This document shows positions 27,237 through 35,516 of a stretch of 64,000 nucleotides of DNA, one piece after another. How positions within the stretch are numbered: position 1 is the first letter of the stretch; each line of letters begins with the position of its first letter. Where the stretch lies: assembly GCA_037447295.1 (NCBI GenBank), contig JBBIGZ010000009.1:8400-72399 (forward strand). Reading direction: 5' to 3'. Source of the stretch: Chloroflexota bacterium (GTDB lineage Bacteria; Chloroflexota; Anaerolineae; Anaerolineales; Villigracilaceae). Under the pieces are notes generated by a model. It was not told the origin of the DNA. It was given only the letters and a program-made list of their open reading frames with translations, and ran no database searches. The position numbers and the translations under genes were made by a program.

Positions 27237-27907
27237 TCCTGTCACCTTCAATCCTTTCCGCCGATTTTCTGAACCTGGGCGAGGCTCTCCATCAATGCGA
27301 ACAGGCTGGCGCCGATTGGATTCACATCGACGTGATGGATGGTCACTTCGTCCCCAACCTGACCATGGGCATTCCATTGGTGGAGGCCTGTCGGCGAGGG
27401 ACTTCTCTGCCTCTCGATGTGCATCTGATGGTCGAACGCCCAGAAGCGCTCCTGGAGTCTTTTGCCCGCGCCAGGGCATCGATCCTCACCGTTCACCTGG
27501 AAGCCTGCACGCACATTCATCGCACCCTGCAGGCCATTCGTTCCCTGGGATGCAAGGCCGGAATAGCCATCAACCCCGGCACATCGCCTGTTCTTCTGGA
27601 GCCGATCCTACCCCTGGTGGACCTGGTGCTGGTAATGAGTGTGAACCCGGGCTTTTCCGGCCAGGCCTTTATTCCCCAAAGTCCGGCCAAGGTGCGTCAG
27701 GTGCGCCAGATGTTGGATGCGATCGGTTCCCCCGCTTGGCTGGAGGTGGATGGCGGCATCAATGGACAAACTCTACCGCTGATGGCCGCTCAAGGTGCCA
27801 CAGCATTTGTTGCCGCCAGTGCCATTTTTCAATCTCCGTTGGGGATCCGGTCGGCCATCCACGAATTGCGCCGTCTTCTGGACGCACAAAGCACTCGTAC
27901 AAATTGA
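27233..27907 (+). CDS. rpe: ribulose-phosphate 3-epimerase
   Basis: 224 aa from MILSPSILSADFLNLGE. Contains HIDVMDGHFVPN and MSVNPGFSGQ. The ATG overlaps the kinase TGA as ATGA. Confidence 0.95.
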   Translation: MILSPSILSADFLNLGEALHQCEQAGADWIHIDVMDGHFVPNLTMGIPLVEACRRGTSLPLDVHLMVERPEALLESFARARASILTVHLEACTHIHRTLQAIRSLGCKAGIAINPGTSPVLLEPILPLVDLVLVMSVNPGFSGQAFIPQSPAKVRQVRQMLDAIGSPAWLEVDGGINGQTLPLMAAQGATAFVAASAIFQSPLGIRSAIHELRRLLDAQSTRTN

Positions 27908-27909
27908 CT

Positions 27910-27992
27910 CTACGGTCTACCGTCTACAGTCTATGGTCCACCACGGTCTACTGTCTACGGTCTATGGTCCACCCCGGTCCACGGTCCATCTC
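27910..27992 (+). repeat. tandem heptamer array E, about 11 units
   Basis: Units read ctacggt ctaccgt ctacagt ctatggt ccaccacggt ctactgt ctacggt ctatggt ccaccccggt ccacggt ccatctc. It starts 3 nt after the rpe stop and includes two 10-nt variant units. Confidence 0.9.
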
Positions 27993-28061
27993 CTCCCCCC
28001 TGTCCATCACGGCAGTGACGGGCGAAACAACAAAATTGTAGCACTTACTTGAGAGGTATCC

Positions 28062-28988
28062 TTGTTCGAGCTCTTATTTCTCGGCACATCTGCTTCTGCT
28101 CCCTCGGTAAAGCGAGGGCTTTCGGCACAAATTGTTAAGCATGACGAATATCGTTTCCTGGTGGATTGCGGGGAAGGCACACAGCGCCAAATTCTGCAAT
28201 CCGGTATAGGGTTTCGTCATCTGACCCACGTGCTGATCACTCATGCCCATCTCGATCACATCCTAGGGTTAGGTGGCTTGCTTTCCACCTTTATGCGCTG
28301 GGAAACAATCGATGAATTGCATCTTTATGGCTCAAAGGGTGCACTGGACCGTGTGCGCACACTGGTCTATGACGTCGTGCTGCGTGGCAACCGCCCTCCG
28401 ATGGCACTCTATTGGCACGAAATCGGGCCTGGAGTATTCTTCGAAGCTGAGGATTTCACCATCCGTGCATTTCCAGTCACCCATCGCGGACCGGAATCGC
28501 TAGGGTATCTCTTTGAAACACGTCCACGGCGACCCTTCTTGGCCGAAAAAGCGGCCGCGCTGGGAGTGCCCTTTGGACCTGAACGACGAGAATTGGTGGC
28601 CGGGCGAGCGATCACTTTAGCCGATGGCCGACGCATCGAACCGGATGATGTGCTCGGAGAATGGCAACGCGGCACGCGTTTGGTGCTGGTAGGCGATACC
28701 GGACGAACGGACGATCTGGTGGAAGTCTGTCGCGAGGCCGATGCGCTGGTGATCGAGGCTACCTATTTAGAGAGCGAGGCCGAAATGGCGCGCCAGTTTT
28801 CGCATATCACCGCTCGACAGGCGGCAGAGCTGGCGGCGCGGGCCGGAGTGCGTCAGTTAATCCTCACGCATATTTCGCGCCGCTACCGAGAAAAAGATGT
28901 GCTTGAAGAAGCCCAGGCCGTCTTTCCGAATACGGTGGTAGCGCGGGATTTCGATACGTTCTTTATCAAACGAAAGGACGAGTCATAG
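28062..28988 (+). CDS. rnz: ribonuclease Z
   Basis: 308 aa. TTG start with GAGAGG upstream. FLGTSASAPS and MBL motif ITHAHLDHILGL. Confidence 0.9.
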   Translation: MFELLFLGTSASAPSVKRGLSAQIVKHDEYRFLVDCGEGTQRQILQSGIGFRHLTHVLITHAHLDHILGLGGLLSTFMRWETIDELHLYGSKGALDRVRTLVYDVVLRGNRPPMALYWHEIGPGVFFEAEDFTIRAFPVTHRGPESLGYLFETRPRRPFLAEKAAALGVPFGPERRELVAGRAITLADGRRIEPDDVLGEWQRGTRLVLVGDTGRTDDLVEVCREADALVIEATYLESEAEMARQFSHITARQAAELAARAGVRQLILTHISRRYREKDVLEEAQAVFPNTVVARDFDTFFIKRKDES

Positions 28989-28990
28989 GA

Positions 28991-29968
28991 ATGTCTCTTG
29001 GGATTTCTGCGATCGGTGTTTTGACCTCTGGCGGAGATGCGCCGGGGATGAATGCGGCTATTCGTGCCGTGACGCGCACCGCGCTCCATCACAACGTGCA
29101 GGTGATCGGTGTGCTGAACGGCTTCGAGGGCCTGATCAACGGCGAATTCCGTCCCCTAGGCGCGCGTGATGTGGGCGGCATTCTGCCGCGAGGCGGGACT
29201 ATCCTGCAAACGCGCCGTAGCGAACGCTTCCTGGATCCCCGCTATCAGCGCGAAGCGATCCGCAAGATCAACGAAGCAGGAATCGAAGGCCTGGTGATCA
29301 TCGGCGGAGAAGGTTCGATGCACGGCGCCTATGCACTCTCGCAGCAGGGAGTACGCGTGGTGGGCATTCCGGCCAGCATTGATAACGATATCTGGGGAAC
29401 CAACATGGCCATCGGAGTAGATACGGCCTTGAATACCATCATGGATGCCGTAGATAAGCTGCGCGATACCGCTTCTTCCCACAATCGCGCCTTCCTGGTT
29501 GAGACCATGGGACGCGGTTGTGGTTACCTGGCCGTGATGGCCGGTATCGTCTGCGGCGCAGAAATGGTGTTGATCCCGGAAGTGGAAACGAAGGTCGAAG
29601 AAGTGATCGCTGCTGTGGAGGATGCCTATCGGCGCGGCAAGGCACATGCCATCATCCTAGTAGCCGAAGGCGCGGCGATCAAGATTCACGACCTAGCGCG
29701 CGTCATTGACGAAGCCGATGTGGGATTCAAAACGCGCATCACCATCCTCGGACATATTCAGCGTGGCGGCTCTCCCACAGCCTACGATCGCTTACTGGCC
29801 TCGCGCATGGGCGTCAAAGCAGTAGAGACGATACTTGCTGGCGAACATGGGGTGATGGTCGGTTTAAAGGGGCGCCTGATGGAAACTGTACCACTTGCCC
29901 AAGCGATCGAGCATCAGCGGGCCATTAACATGGAATATTACCAGATGGCCCGCATTCTGGCGCGCTGA
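28991..29968 (+). CDS. pfkA: ATP-dependent 6-phosphofructokinase
   Basis: 325 aa. Contains GVLTSGGDAPGMNAAIRAV, IGGEGS, PASIDNDI and MGRGCGYLA. Confidence 0.95.
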   Translation: MSLGISAIGVLTSGGDAPGMNAAIRAVTRTALHHNVQVIGVLNGFEGLINGEFRPLGARDVGGILPRGGTILQTRRSERFLDPRYQREAIRKINEAGIEGLVIIGGEGSMHGAYALSQQGVRVVGIPASIDNDIWGTNMAIGVDTALNTIMDAVDKLRDTASSHNRAFLVETMGRGCGYLAVMAGIVCGAEMVLIPEVETKVEEVIAAVEDAYRRGKAHAIILVAEGAAIKIHDLARVIDEADVGFKTRITILGHIQRGGSPTAYDRLLASRMGVKAVETILAGEHGVMVGLKGRLMETVPLAQAIEHQRAINMEYYQMARILAR

Positions 29969-29980
29969 AGCAATTTGGGA

Positions 29981-30415
29981 CTAAGTAGCCTGAGCCGAAG
30001 CAGGATCGTCGTACCGGTCCAAGTAAGATTGCAGGATCATCGTCGCAGCCCATTCATCCAGGTGACCGCGACGTTTTTTCTGCCGAACCCCGGCGGCCAG
30101 GCGCGCCGCGCGGGCTTCCTGCGTGCTAAAGGCCTCATCCCACAAGCGAACCGGAATCTCTGCCTGCGCCTGCAGCGCTCGGGCAAAATTCAATGCTCGC
30201 CTTCCGGCCAAGTTCGGTCGGCCTTCGTCATCCAAGGAAATCCCCACGACGATCAATTCTACCTCGTGCTCACGTGCCAGAGCCAGCACTTGGGCCACAT
30301 CGGCATCACGCGAAGTATGGCGGATCACGGTCAATGGACGGGCCAATGTGCCGCTTTCATCCGAAATCGCAATTCCCAAACGTTTTTCACCGTGGTCAAC
30401 GGCCAAAATGCGCAT
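29981..30415 (-). CDS. ruvX: Holliday junction resolvase-like / pre-16S rRNA nuclease RuvX (YqgF)
   Basis: 144 aa from MRILAVDHGEKRLGIAISD, the YqgF signature. The track start at 30478 overlaps the upstream gene. Confidence 0.85.
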   Translation of the reverse strand: MRILAVDHGEKRLGIAISDESGTLARPLTVIRHTSRDADVAQVLALAREHEVELIVVGISLDDEGRPNLAGRRALNFARALQAQAEIPVRLWDEAFSTQEARAARLAAGVRQKKRRGHLDEWAATMILQSYLDRYDDPASAQAT

Positions 30416-30423
30416 AACGGCCT

Positions 30424-31899
30424 TTAGGGAGCAAAGCGAACGGTCACTTGGATTGGAAGCACCGGCATCCAAGGCCAAAAAGGAGGCCAGATCTCCAACT
30501 GCGGCGGTTCAGCAAAAGGAAAAGTACGCAATTCCTGCAAAGCACGGTCCACCGACCGACCACGCACGGCAGCAAAGACCTGCTCCGCATCAATCCGCGC
30601 CCGCAGGCGGCGCTGGACCTCAAGCGTGAAGCGCAAACGGAACACCCCTTGGCCGAGGTCTTCAACCGAGGCGGAAAGCAGGCGATAGCGTAAGCTCTCG
30701 GCATCCGGAATTTGATCGGCCGGAAGCAGGGCATTCAGCCGGGCCTCAAGGATGGGCCGAAGGGCCTTTGCCGGCAACATCCACACCTGAAAACGCAAGC
30801 GTAGGCGTAGGGTAAGCTGCCTGGGATACGTCTCAAGCGGTGGCATGGTTTGATCTTCGAGCGTTTCGAGCACCTGGAGCGTCTCAGGAAAGAGCAAATC
30901 CCCTTCATCCAGGCGGCTCTGGGCTTCCACCTGTGCCTGATAGCGCAATCGTGCAAGCATCTGCTCCCGCAATTGTTGCACTTCCTGCGGAGAAACGGCC
31001 AAACGTTCTTCCTCCGCTCCCCCACGCGTCGGCTGGGGATTGCTCACGGCCAGCGAAAAAGCCAAAGGTCCCTCCACGGCCCGGATGGCCTGGACCGGCA
31101 CATTGCCTGCACTACCTGCCTCCAACGCTTCAATGGGCACATCTACAAATTGGCCGGCGCTCGCCGGTAATCCGGCAGTGTTCAAGGTCACAAAGCGGAT
31201 CGGCGGCTCACCTGGCACGTAAACGATTGTCCCTGCTGGAATACTCTGAGGAAGCGAAGTCAAATTCGTAAAACGGATCTCCCCCTGAGCCTTTGACGTG
31301 GGCACCACGATGCGCTGTCTGGCGCTCAACTTCTCTTCGACACCGAGTTCGAAAGCAATCGGGACCAGGGACAGATCACCGCCAAAAGAAGCTGTGCGTG
31401 GTTGGGAAGATGCAGTCAGGAGCAAAGTTTCGCGCTGGATATGCGCCTGGGGAGTGACAAGGAGGGTGACACGCGGCAGAAAGAGCGAAAGGAGAGCCAG
31501 GGTAGCTAAGACAGCGGGCAAAAACGCAAGAAAACGCTGCAAGGGATACGGCGGCCATTCTGAAAGGCGCCTTGGCCGCGGCACGCGACGCGGCCGAGGA
31601 AAGCGCGGCGCAGGATAGGAGGGCCATGTTTGACGTTGAGCCCGGCGCGCCGAAGAAAAAACTGGGATGCCCAGCCTTTGGGCGATCAGGCGCACGTCAT
31701 GTCGTCGGGTGACGATCCCCAACTGTGTTCCCAATTGGCGGGCATGATGTTGCAAAAACTTCAGGTCCGAGATGCTCAGAGAAACCTTTCTGTGCTCTGA
31801 CCAAACCAACAGCACCCGTGGCGTTTTCACCCAGTTCAGACGATCGCGCAGCGAATGGCGATCCTCGTGTTCCTGGAGTTCGATCAGGAAGGTGTTCAT
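30424..31899 (-). CDS. membrane-anchored hypothetical protein with a baseplate J (gp47)-like central region
   Basis: 491 aa. N-terminal cytoplasmic domain of about 100 aa, an Arg/Pro-rich linker, one TM segment (FLAFLPAVLATLALLSLFL), then GEIRFTNLTSLPQSIPAGTIV ... VDVPIEALEAGSAGNVPVQAIRAVEG, which resembles baseplate J-like domains by eye. Confidence 0.45.
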   Translation of the reverse strand: MNTFLIELQEHEDRHSLRDRLNWVKTPRVLLVWSEHRKVSLSISDLKFLQHHARQLGTQLGIVTRRHDVRLIAQRLGIPVFSSARRAQRQTWPSYPAPRFPRPRRVPRPRRLSEWPPYPLQRFLAFLPAVLATLALLSLFLPRVTLLVTPQAHIQRETLLLTASSQPRTASFGGDLSLVPIAFELGVEEKLSARQRIVVPTSKAQGEIRFTNLTSLPQSIPAGTIVYVPGEPPIRFVTLNTAGLPASAGQFVDVPIEALEAGSAGNVPVQAIRAVEGPLAFSLAVSNPQPTRGGAEEERLAVSPQEVQQLREQMLARLRYQAQVEAQSRLDEGDLLFPETLQVLETLEDQTMPPLETYPRQLTLRLRLRFQVWMLPAKALRPILEARLNALLPADQIPDAESLRYRLLSASVEDLGQGVFRLRFTLEVQRRLRARIDAEQVFAAVRGRSVDRALQELRTFPFAEPPQLEIWPPFWPWMPVLPIQVTVRFAP

Positions 31900-31908
31900 A
31901 CCGGAAAA

Positions 31909-33201
31909 CTAGTGGGCGCGCTGTGCTTCCTGTGTGGCGCGCTGTGCCATTTGCTTGCGCAAAGCCCGAATATCCTGTGGAATGGTGAAAAGCGCGCCGA
32001 GGTAGATCAGGAAACACAACAACCAAGCACTGACTCCAATCCACAGGATGGCAGTCCCCAAATCGTAGCGATCGGCGATCATCCCGGCCAATAGCGGCGC
32101 AAAGGCGGCACCGGTGTTCTCGATGAAATATTCCACGGCCTGTGCCGTCGAACGCACCTCAGGAAGGGTAATATCAAAGACGGTGGAAACCACATTCGGC
32201 GCCGAGAAAGGCATAAAGAAAGCGGTGAGCATCATCCAAGTAAAGAACAGACTGCGTTCATGAACTGGAGTGTTTATGGCTAAGAAGAGGAAGAACGCGC
32301 CGGCGATCACCCCCAGGCTAGAAACCAGCACACGGCCGCGCGGCGTTCGCTGGAACATAAAATCGCCCAGCGCACCGCCGATAAAGTAACTGGTCGAAAG
32401 AACGAGAATGAGCGGTGCCATGGTGAAAAGGATGCTTCCCTCATCATAGCCGCGCTCCTGAGCCAGATAGGTGAAAAACCACACGCTGATCACGTTCCAG
32501 GGAAAGACACCGAAGAAACCCTGCAGAAAGACAAACCACATCGTACGCTTTCCCAGCACATCCTTGAGCGCCGCAAGAGAAAAGCGATATTGGCCGATCT
32601 CCAGATCTTGTAACTCCGGTTCCGCCTGACCGCGCGGCATTTCGCGCACGAAAAAGAAGATCAACAGTGCCACCACAATCCCCAGGCTGCCGGTCAGGTA
32701 GAAGACCGAGCGCCAGCCGCCCAGCACTGGAGCAACCATCAGGGCCAGAATCATCCCCAGCAGATAGCCCATAGGTTGTGCCAGCTGTAGCAACCCGTAG
32801 ACGCGACTGCGCATCTGCGGGCCGAAATAATCTGCCACTAGGCTATATAGGCCGGGATAGGAGGAATCATCGATGCCGGTAGATGCACGAGCAATAAAGA
32901 ACAGAAGATAGCGACGAGCAAGGGCACTGAACCAGGTAGTCGATCCCCAAATGAACGAGGCCAGCGCCAATAACTTGGCACGCGACCAGCGATCGTAGAG
33001 ATATCCCCACACGGGATATAGAAAAGTGCCGACCAGCAAAGCGCCTGTCATCACGGCCCCCATTTGGGTCTTGTTGATGCCGAACTCATCCATCACCTGT
33101 GGCAGGAGTGGATTGATCAGCTGTTTATCAATCTGGTGTAGGAGCATGAAGGCAAAAAAGATAGCAATGACCAGCCAGCGATAGCGGGGAGGAAGGTTCA
33201 T
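31909..33201 (-). CDS. MFS transporter
   Basis: 430 aa with 12 predicted TM segments. MFS loop motif YDRWSRAKLL. AGGAG ribosome-binding site. Confidence 0.8.
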   Translation of the reverse strand: MNLPPRYRWLVIAIFFAFMLLHQIDKQLINPLLPQVMDEFGINKTQMGAVMTGALLVGTFLYPVWGYLYDRWSRAKLLALASFIWGSTTWFSALARRYLLFFIARASTGIDDSSYPGLYSLVADYFGPQMRSRVYGLLQLAQPMGYLLGMILALMVAPVLGGWRSVFYLTGSLGIVVALLIFFFVREMPRGQAEPELQDLEIGQYRFSLAALKDVLGKRTMWFVFLQGFFGVFPWNVISVWFFTYLAQERGYDEGSILFTMAPLILVLSTSYFIGGALGDFMFQRTPRGRVLVSSLGVIAGAFFLFLAINTPVHERSLFFTWMMLTAFFMPFSAPNVVSTVFDITLPEVRSTAQAVEYFIENTGAAFAPLLAGMIADRYDLGTAILWIGVSAWLLCFLIYLGALFTIPQDIRALRKQMAQRATQEAQRAH

Positions 33202-33302
33202 GAGTTATCTCCTGGTTGTAATATGTCGAAGCGTCCGTATTGCTCTCACACAAACGGCTCTTCGAAAGCGTTTAGTAAGGGATCAGGGAAACGACGTCCG
33301 AT

Positions 33303-33914
33303 CTATGGACAGGCACCTGGGAACAGGAAGGGGAAGAAAGTGCACCAGCGATAGGTGGCATCCACCCACCATAGGAACGCGCCGCAGGCACAAATCACCA
33401 GCAACAGAGCAATTCCGCCGAGCAAAAGCGGCAACGGAAATCTACGATCGCGCGAAGCCGCTGAAGGTGCTGCCGGAGAAGGCGCAGGAGATGGAGGCGG
33501 GTAAGGTGCCGGAGCTGCCGGCCGCGGCGAAGAAGCAACCGGTGGAGCCACAGGTGGAGGCGCCGCTGGCGCTTTAGCGCTCGCAGAAACGACCGTCGCC
33601 CCCGGATCAAAGGCCACAGCCTCAAAGACCAAGGTAATCGTCTCGCCCAGGGAAACAACATCCCCTGGCTTGAGCACGTAAGGAGCACTCAACCGGCGCC
33701 CGTTGACAAACGTGCCGTTGGTCGAGCCTAGGTCTTCCAGCACAAAGCGACCTCCTTGCAGTATCAGGCGGGCATGACGGCGCGAAACTTCGGGATCGTT
33801 GATCACAATGGCATTCGAAGGATCGCGACCAATTATCAGCTGCTCCCCATCCAACGGATACACCGTTCCAGGAACAGGCCCGGAGCGCATAATAAGCTGA
33901 AACTGTGGTGGCAT
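33303..33914 (-). CDS. FHA-domain protein with a Pro-rich linker and C-terminal TM anchor
   Basis: 203 aa. FHA core IIGRDPSNAIVINDPEVSRRHARL ... DLGSTNGTFVNGRRL, then a poly-Pro/Ala stretch and one TM segment. Confidence 0.9.
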   Translation of the reverse strand: MPPQFQLIMRSGPVPGTVYPLDGEQLIIGRDPSNAIVINDPEVSRRHARLILQGGRFVLEDLGSTNGTFVNGRRLSAPYVLKPGDVVSLGETITLVFEAVAFDPGATVVSASAKAPAAPPPVAPPVASSPRPAAPAPYPPPSPAPSPAAPSAASRDRRFPLPLLLGGIALLLVICACGAFLWWVDATYRWCTFFPFLFPGACP

Positions 33915-33971
33915 ATCTCCTCCATTTTGTAATCGGATTTGAAAATAGTATATCCTCTCTGCGAATAAACT

Positions 33972-34739
33972 TCAATCGGTCAAAAGTACCGCTTCCGTCG
34001 AGGGCTTTTCCAGTTTCACCTTTTCCACCTCGAAGACCTCCTGAAAAGACTGCACGACCCTTTTCTTGACTTCCTCCATGGAGGGTGCACTCGGCAACAG
34101 ATCGGCCATGCTCACCACCGCATAATCGGCTAGCCCACAGGCAACGATGCCCTGCCAATACTCCATATCCGGAGCGACATTGAGAGCAAATCCGTGACGC
34201 GAAATGCCGTTGGCGTCCACTTTGACCCCAATCGCAGCGATCTTAGCCGGCTTCTGCCGGTCTTCCGGCCGACAACGCAGGCATCGTGACCAGACGTCGG
34301 CCTGCACCCAAACGCCGGTCAGACCGGGAATCTGTCCACCGACGATGCCGAAATGCGCCAGCGCCTGAATGAGCACCTTCTCAAGTCGGCGCACATAGCC
34401 GACATAATCAGCCTGTGGCAAACGTTGATGGGCATCTACCGTCCCCAGTGGCAACAAAGGGTATCCTACCAGCTGTCCAGGACCATGATAGGTCACATCC
34501 CCGCCGCGATCCACCCAGAAGATTTCCACGCCGCGACGGGCGCGTTCGGTCTCATCCCACAAGAGATGCTCATTCCGGCCGCGTCGACCAAACGTATAAA
34601 CGTGGGGATGTTCCAACAGCAGCAAGGTGGCAGGTATTTGTCCGTGGGCAATCTGAGTGGCGAGCTGCTCCTGCAACTCCCAAGCACGGCGGTACTCGAT
34701 CAGCCCCAAGTCAAGCACGCGCAGGAGAGGATAGGACAT
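33972..34739 (-). CDS. lipB: octanoyltransferase (lipoyl(octanoyl) transferase)
   Basis: 255 aa from MSYPLLRVLDLGLIEY. Contains RGGDVTYHGPGQLVGYP and AAIGVKV. The track start at 34832 runs through heptamer array F. Confidence 0.9.
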   Translation of the reverse strand: MSYPLLRVLDLGLIEYRRAWELQEQLATQIAHGQIPATLLLLEHPHVYTFGRRGRNEHLLWDETERARRGVEIFWVDRGGDVTYHGPGQLVGYPLLPLGTVDAHQRLPQADYVGYVRRLEKVLIQALAHFGIVGGQIPGLTGVWVQADVWSRCLRCRPEDRQKPAKIAAIGVKVDANGISRHGFALNVAPDMEYWQGIVACGLADYAVVSMADLLPSAPSMEEVKKRVVQSFQEVFEVEKVKLEKPSTEAVLLTD

Positions 34740-34745
34740 AGAAAA

Positions 34746-34751
34746 ATTATA
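34746..34751 (-). promoter_or_regulatory. candidate -10 (TATAAT, minus strand) in leaderless geometry for lipB
   Basis: The minus strand reads TATAAT-ttttct-ATG, with the ATG at 34739. No Shine-Dalgarno. Confidence 0.45.
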
Positions 34752-34780
34752 CTCCCGAATGGATGTGCAGCTGGGATGGG

Positions 34781-34815
34781 AGAGCCGTGGATCGTAGACC
34801 GTAGGCGATAGACTA
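34781..34815 (-). repeat. tandem heptamer array F, 5 units, minus orientation
   Basis: Units read agagccg tggatcg tagaccg taggcga tagacta. It lies 42 nt upstream of the lipB ATG, in the same orientation as lipB. Confidence 0.8.
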
Positions 34816-34876
34816 CCAACATAGAACATCAAAGGAAAAGGATCTGGCAGCGTTTTCGGTAAATCGCCTCTTCACT

Positions 34877-35293
34877 ATGGACATCGCCAATAACGTCTGG
34901 CATATCGCGCCCGTTCCCCCTGACTATATCGATCATCCCGCTCCTTTTCCAGAAGAAATTCCGTTTCGTCTGATCACACTGTATTCTTATCCCAACGATC
35001 TTGTGCTCGATCCGTTCGCCGGCTCCGACCAAACCCTAAAAGTGGCCCGCTGGCTGAATCGCCAGTATGTTGGATACGAGATCATCGAAAAATACGTGGA
35101 GTTATGCAGGCGGCGAATTAATGAACATCTCTCTCTGCGCCCTCAGCAGCTGGTGGCCGTTTTTGAAAAAATCGATCTCGAGGAACCGGTTATATCCAAA
35201 CGAAAGAAGTCCTTCGAAAAGCAAGAGCAAGAGAACAACGAACAGCTTTATCTCTTTGAACCGAAAGGAATATACAAAACTCCTAACCGCTGA
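34877..35293 (+). pseudogene. 5'-truncated N4/N6 DNA methyltransferase remnant
   Basis: 138 aa covering only the C-terminal half of a DNA methylase (HPAPFPEEIPFRLI ... VLDPFAGSDQTLKVA). There is no upstream DPPY/NPPY catalytic region. The SAM motif FxGxG reads F-A-G-S-D instead of the usual DPFxGSGTT. Local GC is about 40%, against about 58% in flanking genes. Confidence 0.6.
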
Positions 35294-35402
35294 GGCTCAA
35301 TATGCCCATAGAATCCGTCGCAAGAGAGATAGCAAATGCCTTTGAGAGGCAATTTTCCTTTTGCCCCTCTGCACACCGAACGAACCAAACACCCAAAACC
35401 CG

Positions 35403-35499
35403 GCAGGGAAAGGAGGGGCTGTATCACCTAGTGTATAAGCTGAGCCCCACCCTGCTATCTACAGACAATGGGTGGGACAAGTTCCGCTCCTTTCCCTGC
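35403..35499. other. 97-nt element bounded by perfect 13-nt inverted repeats (structured RNA, MITE-like relic or long terminator)
   Basis: GCAGGGAAAGGAG (35403-35415) and CTCCTTTCCCTGC (35487-35499) are exact reverse complements. Internal pairings are possible: GGGCT/AGCCC, and CCCACCC (35446-52) with GGGTGGG (35470-76). The element is followed by accTTATTTT. Confidence 0.4.
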
Positions 35500-35516
35500 A
35501 CCTTATTTTCACCGGC

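Noticed and set aside
27910-27992. Heptamer arrays as CRISPR arrays
   Set aside because: The units are 7 nt and directly abutting, with no spacers. No cas genes are in the window.
29969-29980. A shared terminator between convergent pfkA and ruvX
   Set aside because: The 12-nt gap has no room for a hairpin, and I could find none reaching into the coding ends.
34877-35293. A functional restriction-modification or orphan methylase system
   Set aside because: Only the C-terminal half of a methylase is present, with a mutated SAM motif. There is no endonuclease or specificity gene.
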